A DNA stretch of 64,000 nucleotides from Paragordius varius (Eukaryota > Animalia > Nematomorpha): the NCBI GenBank assembly GCA_964247055.1, contig OZ176050.1:13330001-13394000 (forward strand). Direction: 5' to 3'. The translations under genes were made by a program, and so were the position numbers. Position 1 is the stretch's first letter, and each line of letters begins with the position of its first letter. Positions 24,101-35,800 of this stretch are shown here, one piece after another. Below the pieces are notes generated by a model, which ran no database searches, was not told where the DNA came from, and saw only the letters and a list, made by a program, of their open reading frames with translations.

Positions 24101-27100
24101 TTGTTGGTAAAATTAAATATTATAAAATATTTCTTTATATAAAGGGTATATATTATATTTTGATAAATTTTATATTTAAAAAAAATTTAAATTTTAATTT
24201 TATTGTTATAGCTTTTACAATTGCGTGGGTACTCTTTCAATCACTCGGCAGATTTTGAAACTGTCCGTATGATAAAGGAGAAGCTGTGTTATTCAGCTTA
24301 CGATATTGAACAAGAAGAACGGTTATCGATGGAAACGACAGTTTTGCTGGAAAAATATGTGGTATTTATTTTTTTGTTAATGATTTATTTCAAATAATTT
24401 GATTATACGTCTTTATACGCTATTTCTCCTTTCAAAAGAAGTAGTAAGCGTGTTATAGTTTTCCATTCCTTTCTGTCTACAGTTTGTTCGATTTTGATAT
24501 CTGAGAAAATCGCCAGGTCTTCTTGAATGGTGGATTGCCAGGTTTTTAAGGTATCTACCTTTTTTATTATTATTATTATTAGTTGAATAAGACTGTATAA
24601 GTTTTATCCAGTTTGTGTCTTGAGCTCTGTGGATGTGACCAGCCCAACTCAAACGGTAATCTCACGGATAGCTGTATATTAAATGGTTTAATTTTTAGGG
24701 CAAAATTTGACTTGGAAATTGTATAGATGTTAGGAGGGTTATGTGTGAAAAGAATGGCGTTTAGGATTTTTCGCTCACCCTTTTGCAGTAATAGTAGATT
24801 TGATTTAGTCATAGGCCATGTTTCCGTACCATATAGTATAGCGGGACATGTACTGATTAAAACGTATTTATTATTTACTATTCCAGCCGGCTTTGATTCT
24901 ATGCGATAAGGCCGATTCTAGCATCTAAAGTATCACCTAGGTATGTAAATTTGTCGACAAATTCGAATAAATTGGAGGATCGAGGGATTCTATGGTTAAT
25001 GTATTGGTTGTACTGCACGGGAGGCAGATAAAGTTTTTATTATTACATATATAAACTTTTTAAAGTGGAGCATTTTTTATTATGTACCCACTTTAAACAT
25101 TTGTTACACTTTATTTTATTGAATTTGACTTTACAACTCAATGAGCACATGGAGCAGGGCCATTTTTTTGTCACCTTGTTTTCATCGAACATTAGTTTGG
25201 TTTTAGACGTGTATTCACCTTTAAACCGAATTGCTTTAGGGTATCCTCCTTCCATAAATTTAATTTTCCCCTTAATTCCGTTGCTGATGTGGCACAGCAT
25301 AATATTAAGTCATTAGCGTACAAAAGTTCAACAAAGGATAGGCCTTTTCGTATGTCTTTTGTGATCTCCTCATCTCCATAATTAGGATGAATAAAAGGGG
25401 GCTCAATATAGAACCATGGTGTAGGCCGTTTTCAAGTGGGATGGGGTTCGGAGTATCGCCAACGCTTGTACGGATTACAGTTGATGAGGGTTCTTATATA
25501 GTGCTTCTATTATTTGTATCTTTATATTTTCCTCTATACCCTGCTTTCTGAGCGTTCAAGAAATCAGGTGTTACGGGACTGAGTCGAAAGCCTGTTCCAT
25601 GTCTACAAACGCATACATAGTGGAGTATCAACGGAATTAAATTTATGGAAGAATGATACCCTAAGGCAATTCGGTTTAAAGGTGAATACACATCTAAAAC
25701 CAAACTAATGTGCGATGAAAACAAGATGACAATAAAATGGCCTTGTTCCCTGTGCTTATTGAGTTGTAACGACAAATTTAATAAAGTGTGTAACAAATGA
25801 TTATTGCCACCCAATTCGAATTTTACGGAATTTTTTTGATCATTTTCAACCAAAATTTTTAAAACAACGCAAAAAGATAAACAATAAATACAATATGCAT
25901 TTATTAAAGTTTTTTAAACTCACTGGCACGTATTTAAAGTGGGTACATAATAAAAAATGCTCCACTTTAAAAAGTTTATATATGCAATAATAAAAACTTT
26001 ATCTGCTGCTCCCCCCGTGCAATACAAAAACAATAACCATAGGATCTCCTTGCCCCAAGTCCTCCAAATTATTTCGAATTTGCAGACAACAAATTTACAT
26101 ACCAAGGTAATACTTTAGAAGCTGGTGGTGGTATAAAATCGGTTTTACTGGATATAATCAAAACCGGCTAGAAAAAGTATCATAGTTTGCGCACAATAGT
26201 TAATGATAAGCCTTAACAGCTGAAACTCACCATCTTTCTTTTAATAATTTGTTAGTATATACATAAATAATTTTATGTTTTATATTTCATAAAAAAAATT
26301 TCTTTGTAATTTGCTTGTGTAAATACATTTTATGTAATGTGACTATTGATTGCTTTTTTGTTCTGGAATATATATATATATATTATAGGGTTTTTTTCTC
26401 ATTTATGTAGGTGAAAGAAATCTTTTTATCTGTAAAATTGATTAAATAAAAAGGTTTTGAGATTTTTTTATATAATTTTATCTATATACCGGCATTTAAG
26501 CTTAATAAAGTTGTTACTATATTAAATTTTGTTTAAAATTTCATTAATACCATACGTTGTAGGTACCGATAATTCCGAAAAAATTGATTTTTTTTATCTT
26601 GTGGCATACCATTTCAAAAATATGAATAACATTAATACAATTACATTTCAAAACTTTACACATCTACCTTGAGTCCATTAATAAATTTGACCGTAATACT
26701 TATGCTAATAAAAAATCAAATTATAGATTTAAGGTTTATTTAAAGCATTTACTATATCATTAATTTATTAAATTTTTTTCATAAGAATTTTATTTTTACC
26801 CACAAAAAACGTAATAGTTACCCGATGGAAGGATCATAAAACTTGATAGAGAACGATTCGAAGCCCCAGAATGTTTGTTTCAACCCCATCTTGTGGATGT
26901 TGAAAGTCCTGGACTGGCAGAATTACTTTTTAACACTATACAATTGGCAGATATTGATATCCGACCCGAATTTTATAAGCATGTAGTGCTTTCTGGTAAT
27001 AAACCTTTGCTTAATTTTTACTTAATTATATACCATTTACAGTTCAAATTCACCTTTAAACAATTCAATTCACCCTAAAATAATTTATGTTTTAAAAATA

Positions 27101-30100
27101 AAAATTACCTTAATTTTTTAATATTTCAAAACCTAAAAATTTGTTAAAAATTAATATAATACTGAAAAAATAATAAACTATGTATAAAATTATATTTCTG
27201 ATTAATAATCAGTTATATTAGGCCGAAAACACATAATTTATTTTTGTGAATTAAAATTGTTCAGGGGAATAGTTTAAGGGTGAATTTGAATTGTAAATGG
27301 TATATAAATTAATTGTAAAAATTATATATATTGAGTTTAGTTTTTTTTTCAAAGCACCTATGGTTTTTTATCTCTTTGAAATATCGAAGGAGTATATGAC
27401 AGTCAAGATTTCCGCTAAAATGGTTATAAAAAAAATCTTTTATTTCTAATTGAAGATATATAAAACCTATCAGTTTGACCAATGGTTCTCAATATTTTTT
27501 ATGCACGCCTCAAATCTTGCCCCCCTTTCCCTTCTCCTCCCAAAAATGCAAAATTTATTATACTGCTATAAAAATCATAATAAATAAGATCCTTGAATCT
27601 GTAATTCTGGATATATGTTTTCCATATCGGGGGACAAATCTTGATAATTTGCCCCTCATTAACCTTAACAGTGATTACTCTCACTACTAACTTTATGATT
27701 AAAATTAAAAAATATTAAATTATCAACTATAATAAACATTATGTTTAATAACATAAATTTAGAGGCGTTTTTCCAGATTTACGCCTCCCTTTTGGGAACG
27801 ACTGAGTTTGACAATGGCTTCAAAATTTGAATTTTTTTCATTTTTCAATATAATTTATAATAATTGCTATTTAGGTGGAAATACAATGTACCGGGGTTTT
27901 CCTTCACGATTAGAACGAGAAATCAAACAACTTTACTTGGAACGCGTTCTTAAAGGCGACCTATCTCGTCTTGCTGTACGATATTTTTATAATTTTTTTG
28001 TTTTTTTTTTGATAAAAATTGAGTTTATTTATTTTTTAAATATAGTGAACAATCATATATTACACTTATTTACCCTTAAATAAATTATGTATTTTTAAGA
28101 TAAATTACCTATATTTTTTATATTTTCAATAAAAATAAAAATTTGTTTAAAATTAAAAAAAATACTGAAAAAATAATAAACTATGCCATTAAGATATATT
28201 TCATATTAATGATGACTTATATTAGCCCGAAAATTCAATATTTAGGGTGAATTGAATTTTAATTGTTCAAGGGTTTTGAATTTTTAGAGGGTTAATTTGA
28301 ATTGTTTAAGGGTGAATTTGAATTCTTCGAGGGAAAAATTGAGAATGTATTTGAATTGTAAATGGTATATAATACCCAAACAAAACTCATTACTCTATTT
28401 AATGAGTTTTTTGTCCTGAACAACGTTTTTAAATAATTTTTTTTATTCAAAACATTTCCATTTTACGTATAAATCTAAAACCATTTTTGTTTTATTATTA
28501 TTATTATTATTATTACATTACATGTTTTCACTCGTGAGAGCGGTCATGTTATACAACCTGTCTCGCCATAAAACTCTATCTATGGCGTCCTCTGCATTAA
28601 GCTCGTATTCTGCTAGCTCTCTTTTTACTGTATCTATCCATTTTGTTTTAGGCCGCCCACGTCCTCGTTTTCCCTCAACTATATAACCATCTATTATTTT
28701 TGCAATATAATTAGAATCTCTCCTTTCAATGTGCCCGAACCAACGTAGCCTATTTTTTGACATTCTTTCCGCTATTGGTTTAATATCTGTGTTCCCACGA
28801 ATAAATCTATTCTCGATTTTGTCCTTTCTAGTTACCCCACACATCATTCTGAGCATTTTCATTTCAGTCACGTTAAATTGTCTTTCTTCGGATTTTTTGA
28901 CACCCCATGTCTGTGAATTATACATCATTGAGGGCTGGACAACTGAACTGTAAATCTTACCTTTCACTCTAACATCAATATTTCGATCGCATAATACGCT
29001 CGAAATTTTCTTCCAATTTACCCAGCTGCTCTTTATTCTTAAATTAATATCGTCAGTTAACGAACCATCTGCACTTAACATAGCTCCAAGATATTTGCAA
29101 CTTTCTTTACCCTTCAGAACCCAACTATCATCAACTACCATTTCATGTTGTGGACCACCAAAAGTAATAAGTTCGGTTTTTGCTTTGTTTACTTTCAGAC
29201 CATATTGATCCAGCATAACAACCCATCTGTTTACCGTTCGCTTTAACTCAATTAATGAATCAGACAAGATGATTATGTCATCTGCATACATTAAGTACCA
29301 TCTTGAACTCACATTAACAACCTTGGCTACCTCGTCCATACAAATTATAAACAATAAGGGGCTGAGTGATGAGCCTTGGTAGACTTCATGCTTTATTGAA
29401 AAGGGCTCTGATAAACCTTGTGGGGTTTTAATCCTGGAGGTTGTGATTCGTACATTATTTGTAACAACTTAATATAACTTTCTGGCTCCTTTTTACGACG
29501 GAGACTCCACCAAATAGTTTCTCTAGGAATCCTGTCAAACGCCTTCTCTATATCAATCAAAACCCCGTGTAATTCTTTCTTTTTTTCAATGTGTTTTTCA
29601 ATCAACCTCCTAACCGCATGTATAGGATCTACTGTTGACTTTCCTGGCATGAAACCAAATTGATTTCCTTCTATAGATATCATTTTCCTGATTCGCTTTT
29701 CAATTATTTTTTCAAACAATTTCATAGTGTGCGACATAAGTTTTATCCCTCTATAGTTACTACATTCATTTATATCACCTTTTCCTTTAAATAAAGGCAC
29801 AGTTAAACTTTCCTTCCATTCAACCGGGATTTCATACGTTGAAACAACTTTATTAAATACACGCTCCAAAAAATTTAATCCAGAATTTCCAAGCACTTTC
29901 CAACAATTTATATTTATGTCGTCCGATCCTACAGCTTTGTTGTTTGGCATTTCTAACAAATTAGATTCTACTTCCTTTTGTGTAATTGCTTCTATTGGTC
30001 TAGCAGTAGCTTCAACTGTATTTGGCAAAAATATCTCGCCTACCCCTTCATCTAAACTCACAAAGTACTCTTTCCATCTTTTTAATATTTCTACATTTTC

Positions 30101-32087
30101 GCACAGCAAGCTTCCATCTTTTCCTTTTATTGCAGTCGCATAACATGGCAAATCCATCCTGCGTTTATTCCTTTGCTGCGCAACTTTATACACTTTGTTT
30201 AAACCTTGCTTACTATTTAACTCATCATAAAATAAATTCATTTTTTCTTTCTTAACCTGACCGACTAATTTTTTCAATTCCTTATTTAAACTTTTATACT
30301 TATCTCTATCATCATCATTCCTTGTATGTCTCCATTTGTCAAAAGCCTTACCTTTTTCTCGTGACATCAATATTATTCTTTCATCGTAAAGCCAAGCCTC
30401 TCTGTATACTTGAGATTTTCCGCCTTTTAATCCACAAACTAGAGTTCCTGCCTTTTTGATTAACTGACTTACTTTATCCCAATCACCATTTAACCCTCCA
30501 TCCTCGGATAACCGTATTTCTTTTATAAAAGCCTGCCTTTTTTCGGATAATTTCTCCCACTTAATACTTTTTAATCTCTTTGAATAAGAACCACTTTGTT
30601 TAGACTTTTCTTTCACGAAAAATTTACAAATAAGTAAATTATGTTGCGAACTAACCTCTAAGTTTGGCACGACCTTACAATCTACCACAAGCTTCAATAA
30701 ATCTCTTGGAACAAGTATAAAATCTATTTGAGATTTGTTTATGCCGCTCTTAAAAGTTACTAGATGACTCTCTCTTTTTTCGAAAAACGTGTTCGCTATC
30801 GCCAAATTGTGAGATTGTGCAAATCTGAGCAAATTAATTCCTTCCTCGTTTCTTTCTCCATAAGAATGTCCCCCGTGCCATATTTCAAAAGATTCCCTTT
30901 TTGAACCAAGATGACCATTAAAATCCCCACATAAAAACTTGACTCTGAGCTGAGGGAGAGCGACTATTTTTTCATCTAAAGTCTCGTAAAATTGCTCCTT
31001 TTCTTGTTTGGGTAAACCTATTTGCGGGGCATATATACTAAATACCGTTATGACCTCGTTACCTACCAAAATATCTAAATTCATGATTCGGCTGTTATAG
31101 CGTCTAACCTCTTTAACCTGATTGGACAATTTGGGATTAATGATAATTGCCACTCCATTTCGTCCGCCACTTTCACCTGAGTAATATAGTCGATAATTCT
31201 CTTCCAAAGTCCTTGCTCCGTTTCCGCGGTAACGAGTCTCTTGTAATGCCAAAATATCAATATGTTTAACTTTCATTATTCTCACAATATCATTTAACTT
31301 ACTTTTCAATGAACCAACATTTAAACTAGCAAAATACAGGCATCTCGTATTCCTTTTCGTTCTCTTTGTATTATTGGCCACAACACCAAAACCGCGGCTG
31401 GCCAGGCCTGACCGGTTATTACTATACACATCAATATTCATTTGACAGCTTTAAACAAACAAAATAAAATAATAAAATTGAAGTGTCGAACTAATTATGA
31501 CAAATTGATAGATGTTAAAAAAAAAACCTAGGCTATAGGTATAAACGGAAATTATATTTCGCAATAAAAAAAAATTAAAGCAAAAATTATGTATAAAACA
31601 ATATAAATCAAGGGTTATTTTATGTGTCATAGTAAAAAATAAAAATAAATAGTGCTACAATACTTATCCAAGAATACGATCTATATATTTAAGAGAATAT
31701 TAATAGGCAAATTTTAGGAAAAGGCCAACGGTAAGTCCTACGTCCAAAAACAAAATGGGAATAGGTATGTTATAACAAAAATTTAAAGTATAGGATAAGT
31801 GATAAAAGATAGAATAAACTTTGAAGATAAATAGATAAGAATTTAGAATTTTTTTCTTTTGTGTAATGTACGAACTCGCGCGCGTACAAAACAATAAATA
31901 TTTTTGCTTTATTCCAAATTAGAAATTTAAAATCCGAATCGAAGATCCACCCCGAAGAAAACATATGGTGTTTATAGGGGGAGCTGTGCTAGCTGATCTC
32001 ATGAAACACAATGATAGATGGTGGTTAACACGAACAGAGTATGCAGAGATCGGACCAAAATCACTAGATAAATTTGGACTTTCTTAA
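21159..32087 (+). CDS. ACTR2: Actin-related protein 2 (Arp2/3 complex), 397 aa, 9 exons
   Basis: Exons 21159-21200, 21233-21358, 22084-22305, 22604-22676, 23691-23827, 24212-24361, 26818-26995, 27875-27975 and 31923-32087 (1194 nt). Motifs [52 protein letters not shown] and [17 protein letters not shown]. Confidence 0.95.
22687..22957. mobile_element. MITE family B (Tc1/mariner-like, TA|CAGT ends)
   Basis: TACAGTAAAAATTGAAATTATACGGACAAAACGTAAAA pairs with TTTTACGTTTTGTCTGTGTAATTTCAATTTTTACTCTA. Confidence 0.7.
23379..23634. mobile_element. MITE family A, copy 4
   Basis: TACCATCTACG...TGTAAATGGCA. Lies in Arp2 intron 4. Confidence 0.75.
24400..25600 (-). mobile_element. Degenerate 5'-truncated RTE-like LINE with a PHD-like Cys/His finger after the RT core
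   Basis: Minus-strand relic motifs in order: [17 protein letters not shown], (LLY)ANDL, KTKLM, WPCSMC...[38 protein letters not shown] and WAGHIHR. Confidence 0.75.
25629..26200 (+). mobile_element. Inverted partial duplicate of the same PHD-bearing LINE
   Basis: 25629-25800 and 25935-26125 are reverse complements of about 25283-24918. Encodes the relics WPCSLC and [14 protein letters not shown]. Confidence 0.75.
27031..27302. mobile_element. MITE family A, copy 5
   Basis: TACCATTTACAGTTC...TGTAAATGGTA. Lies in Arp2 intron 7. Confidence 0.8.
27480..27804. mobile_element. hAT-type MITE with a perfect 8-bp TSD
   Basis: TIR CAATGGTTCTCAA / TTGGGAACGACTG. TSD AGTTTGAC at 27472-27479 and 27805-27812. 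Confidence 0.8.
28050..28367. mobile_element. MITE family A, copy 6 (left TIR eroded)
   Basis: Body and right TIR (TGTAAATGGTA) are intact. Lies in Arp2 intron 8. Confidence 0.7.
28494..31450 (-). mobile_element. Near full-length RTE-clade LINE (APE endonuclease + RT), antisense in the last Arp2 intron, one frameshift
   Basis: ORF 31441-29393 contains SLNVGSL, LQETR, GDFNGH, SQIDFIL, YRGIKL and [11 protein letters not shown] 29354-28518 contains YADD, KYLG, LRWFGH and [11 protein letters not shown] 1-nt shift near 29445 rejoins them ([14 protein letters not shown]...[10 protein letters not shown]). (TAA)n 3' tail at about 28494-28517. Confidence 0.92.
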
Positions 32088-32868
32088 TAATAATAATTGA
32101 AACTAATTTAACTACTTTTTGGTAAGTTTTGAGAAGATTTTTTTAGTATATAGAAAGTTTTGATAAGATTTTTTAATTTTAAAAATGGTCCTTAGTGAAA
32201 AAAATCATAACTATATCAGTTATGGACATGATATTGAATAATGTCCATACAAAGAGTAGTATATAATAATTTGTAAAATAATTCAGAAACTAATTTAACT
32301 ACTTTTTGGTAAGTTTTGATAAGATTATTTTTAGTATATGAAAGTTTTGATTAGATTTTTTGTTTTTAAAGTGATAAATTTATATCAGTTATGGACTTTG
32401 TATAAATAATGTCCAATAGAAAGTGTACACTATAATATATTGTAAAATAGTTCAAATACAATGATATTAAGTTTGGTTAATTTAAGGTTTGATTAAAATT
32501 TTTTAAAAGTAAACTTTAAAATTTATTTTTCGGATGGTATGTTGCTATTATTTTAAATTGTTTTTTTTAAATATTTTAATATGTTAATATTTTATAAATT
32601 ATTTTATTAATTTTCTTTTTTCTTCGTATTTAGTTATCCTAATCATCAAACATTTGATACTATACAATATTCCATATAACAAATTTGGCATTTATCCTGC
32701 TAGAAAATTCCTATTTGAATCTATACGCCACACCTTTTTTAAATGCTTTAATATATAAATATATATATTATATATTATCACGAATCACTCATTAATGTTT
32801 TACACATCATTTATTTATAAAGATTTTGCCATAAATGAATTATATTTTCATGCATAAATTTTTTTTGC

Positions 32869-35800
32869 TTAAACTTTCAGGTCCGTAATTTGAGCTAAAT
32901 AGGTTTCCGAGCCCTTACAAATTTCTCCAATCTTAGTTTCCATCTAATGATAAAATATTTATATTTATTAATAATTATCGAAATCTAAAAAAATCAAAAT
33001 CTAAATATAATATACCTATAATATCAAAAATGATTTAATCGGAAATTTTTTTCATTTAAATATGTATGTACCTTGTGAATAAAATTCAAATCTTTGCACT
33101 GTTTAAGGTTGATCAAAACATTGTATTTGCATCCCATGGTAGCCGAATGTAATAATTGAGCAGATACCTACATTAAAACATCTTAAGATATATCAGAATT
33201 TTATTTATATAAAAGATGAAATTATTAACACAAGTATATTTCTTTAATAAAGACTATATTTTTTTGATATTGTTATGTTAGCCTCGATTTGGAATGCAAA
33301 ATAAGAAATAGAGATGTAAATTGGTATTAGTCAATTATATATACCATTTGCACTTCAAGAGTGTCCTTAAAAAATCAAGTTGGTCCTGGTTCAAGTTGGT
33401 CCTTGAACACTTCAAGTTGGTCTTTAAAATTTATAAATTTTGATTTAACCATAATTTTTGCATTTTTTTATTTTATTATTTTTTAACCTATTTTTTTTTA
33501 TTAAATATTTATTCGTTTAAAATTAAAAATTTTATTGAAGAACCATTTTTTTAAACTTTCTTTCAATTGAACAAAATTATTGACTTTTAATGTTTTTAAT
33601 GAACAATTTTAATGATTAACCAGAAAACTTATATATTTTTTGATTTAGTGTTAAAATCTTATAAAAATCCATAATTATTTTAAGAAATTAATAAATATAC
33701 GGTTTCTTAAAGATTAAAAGTTGATATTAAAATTTATGTTAAATAATAGAAAATAGGTTAAAAACAATAAAATAAAACAAGATTTTATTTTTAAAAACAT
33801 AAAAACATATAGGTAATTTTTAATTTTAAAAATAATTTATTTGAGGGAGAATTTGAATTGTTCAGGGTGTGAATTTCAATTGTTTAAGAGTGAATTTGAA
33901 TTGTTCGAGGGGAAATTTAAATTGTTCAAGGGTGTATTTGAATTGTAATGGTATAATTCTCATTTGAAGTAAAAAAATCAAGGTTTAAAAAAATGGCTGT
34001 GCTTGTGATAAAAAAACTATTGTCTTGTATTTTTAGGCTTTGTCTTTATAATTTCAATTTTCTTTAATAACCTGTAAATCCGATGCTACATTATGATTAA
34101 AAATTTGGCTGAGGGTTACGATATGAGGCCACATTTTCCCAATTTCTCCTGCTAATTCTAAGGGAATAGTTGCGGCTTTTTGGCAAGCTTTTTCAAATTC
34201 TGCTAATCTATGATCGAAATAAGATTGATGTTTCTAAAAATAGTTTTTACTGAGTAATAATTTATAGTTTGATTTAAATCTGTTACATACACATAGGCTT
34301 AATAGAAAGTATAAATTAGAATTAATTCATCTGTCCGTCGAAATAAAGGAACTCATGAACATCAGAAAGTTAAGAAAATTCACAAATTGATAGAATAACT
34401 TTAAAACGATAAAATAAATATTAAATGAAACTCTATAGTAGCGGTTTATAAAAGCTTGTATGTTCCGAAGAGTTAAATATTAAGGAATGTGAATGATTAT
34501 AACTAAATTTAAGTGTTATCGGTTTGACCGCATTTATGACATATCTAAGCTTAAAATATTTTGTGACTACAATCATTTATTTTTGCACATTGTAAACAAT
34601 ATTAAGAAATTTTCAAAATACTAATTAGCCTAATTGTAAAAATACTTTTCATTTTCGTTATGGAAAGTTTTTCTGCCCAATTCCAACACTTGTTTAAAGG
34701 ATTCGGCATCCCTATCCATGTATTCCAAGAAAGTGAATTGTAAATCATACAAGGTCGGTAAAATTTGTTTCACAATTGTATTGTTATGAGCAAATTTTTT
34801 ATTACCATAACTCAATAGACCAACCATACAACTCAAAGATGCACCCTAATTACAATGTATTTAATATTAATACAGTAAAACTAAATTTTAGTTTTTTTAA
34901 AAAAAATTTAATTTTACCAAAGAAGCGACTAGAGCTGAAACACTCCCGCCTCCGGGAACAGCTTTCCGACTCCCCAGCAATGTTATAAAATCAAGGATTT
35001 TTATATCCTTATAGCCAGATTTGTAAATTTTATCACCCAATTTGTATCTATGATATATATATATCAAAAATATAAAAATGTTTAAGACTGCGAACCGGAT
35101 TCGAAATTTACAATTCGGTTTTTAGCTTAGTTGAAGGAGTTAAATGACTGGTTTAGTTGTTTTAAAGCGGCCGAAAACTGGAGCTTTGCGTATTTTTAGA
35201 ATTGTCAAACAAGCGGTAATAGTTTCTGGACTCAAAAGCGCGGTTTGCCAAAGTCATTTTAAATTTTTTTATTTATCTTAGCCATAAAAAGAATAAAGAC
35301 TATAAAACAGGACAAATCACCGTGCAGCCCGCGAAAAACTTAGAAAACTACTAGGTAAATACGATATCTACAATACGCAAAATATCTTGTATAAAAATTT
35401 CTTATTATACAAATTTTCTGAATAAGTTTCCAAACACCAATAGCACAAATTGGTGAGGTAAATAGTAATTATATTTTATTGTTGTACAGTCTTATATGTT
35501 TAAAATGTAAGAAAATATTTAGTAATGGCCATATATTTTTCATATGCGGCCCGCCAAGCTATTTGTGTCGTGGACTAAAGTTAAAAATGCCAAACACAAA
35601 AATTAAATTTTTCTATTTTTGATCAATGTTTATGGAATTTGTTTATATTGTGCAGTTATAATTTGTTGCTAAAACTTACTCAATAATTTGATTGTATTTG
35701 AAAGGTTTCACCGTGTTTAACCCCAAACGGTCGATTGCCTATATATAGAAATAGTATAAAAAATTTAATTATTTTCAAAATATTCAATCATTTCAGTTAA

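Noticed and set aside
28729-30255. Plus-strand ORFs inside the RTE element (also 62855-63196)
   Set aside because: Antisense shadows of the LINE ORF.
28460-31520. Target-site duplication for the near-intact RTE
   Set aside because: No convincing direct repeat was found between the left flank (…AAAACCATTTTTGTTT) and the right flank, so none is claimed.
31867-31888. CpG-rich mini-hairpin TGTACG-AACTCGCGCG-CGTACA just upstream of the last Arp2 acceptor
   Set aside because: The stem is only 6 bp and there is a single occurrence, so it cannot be distinguished from chance.
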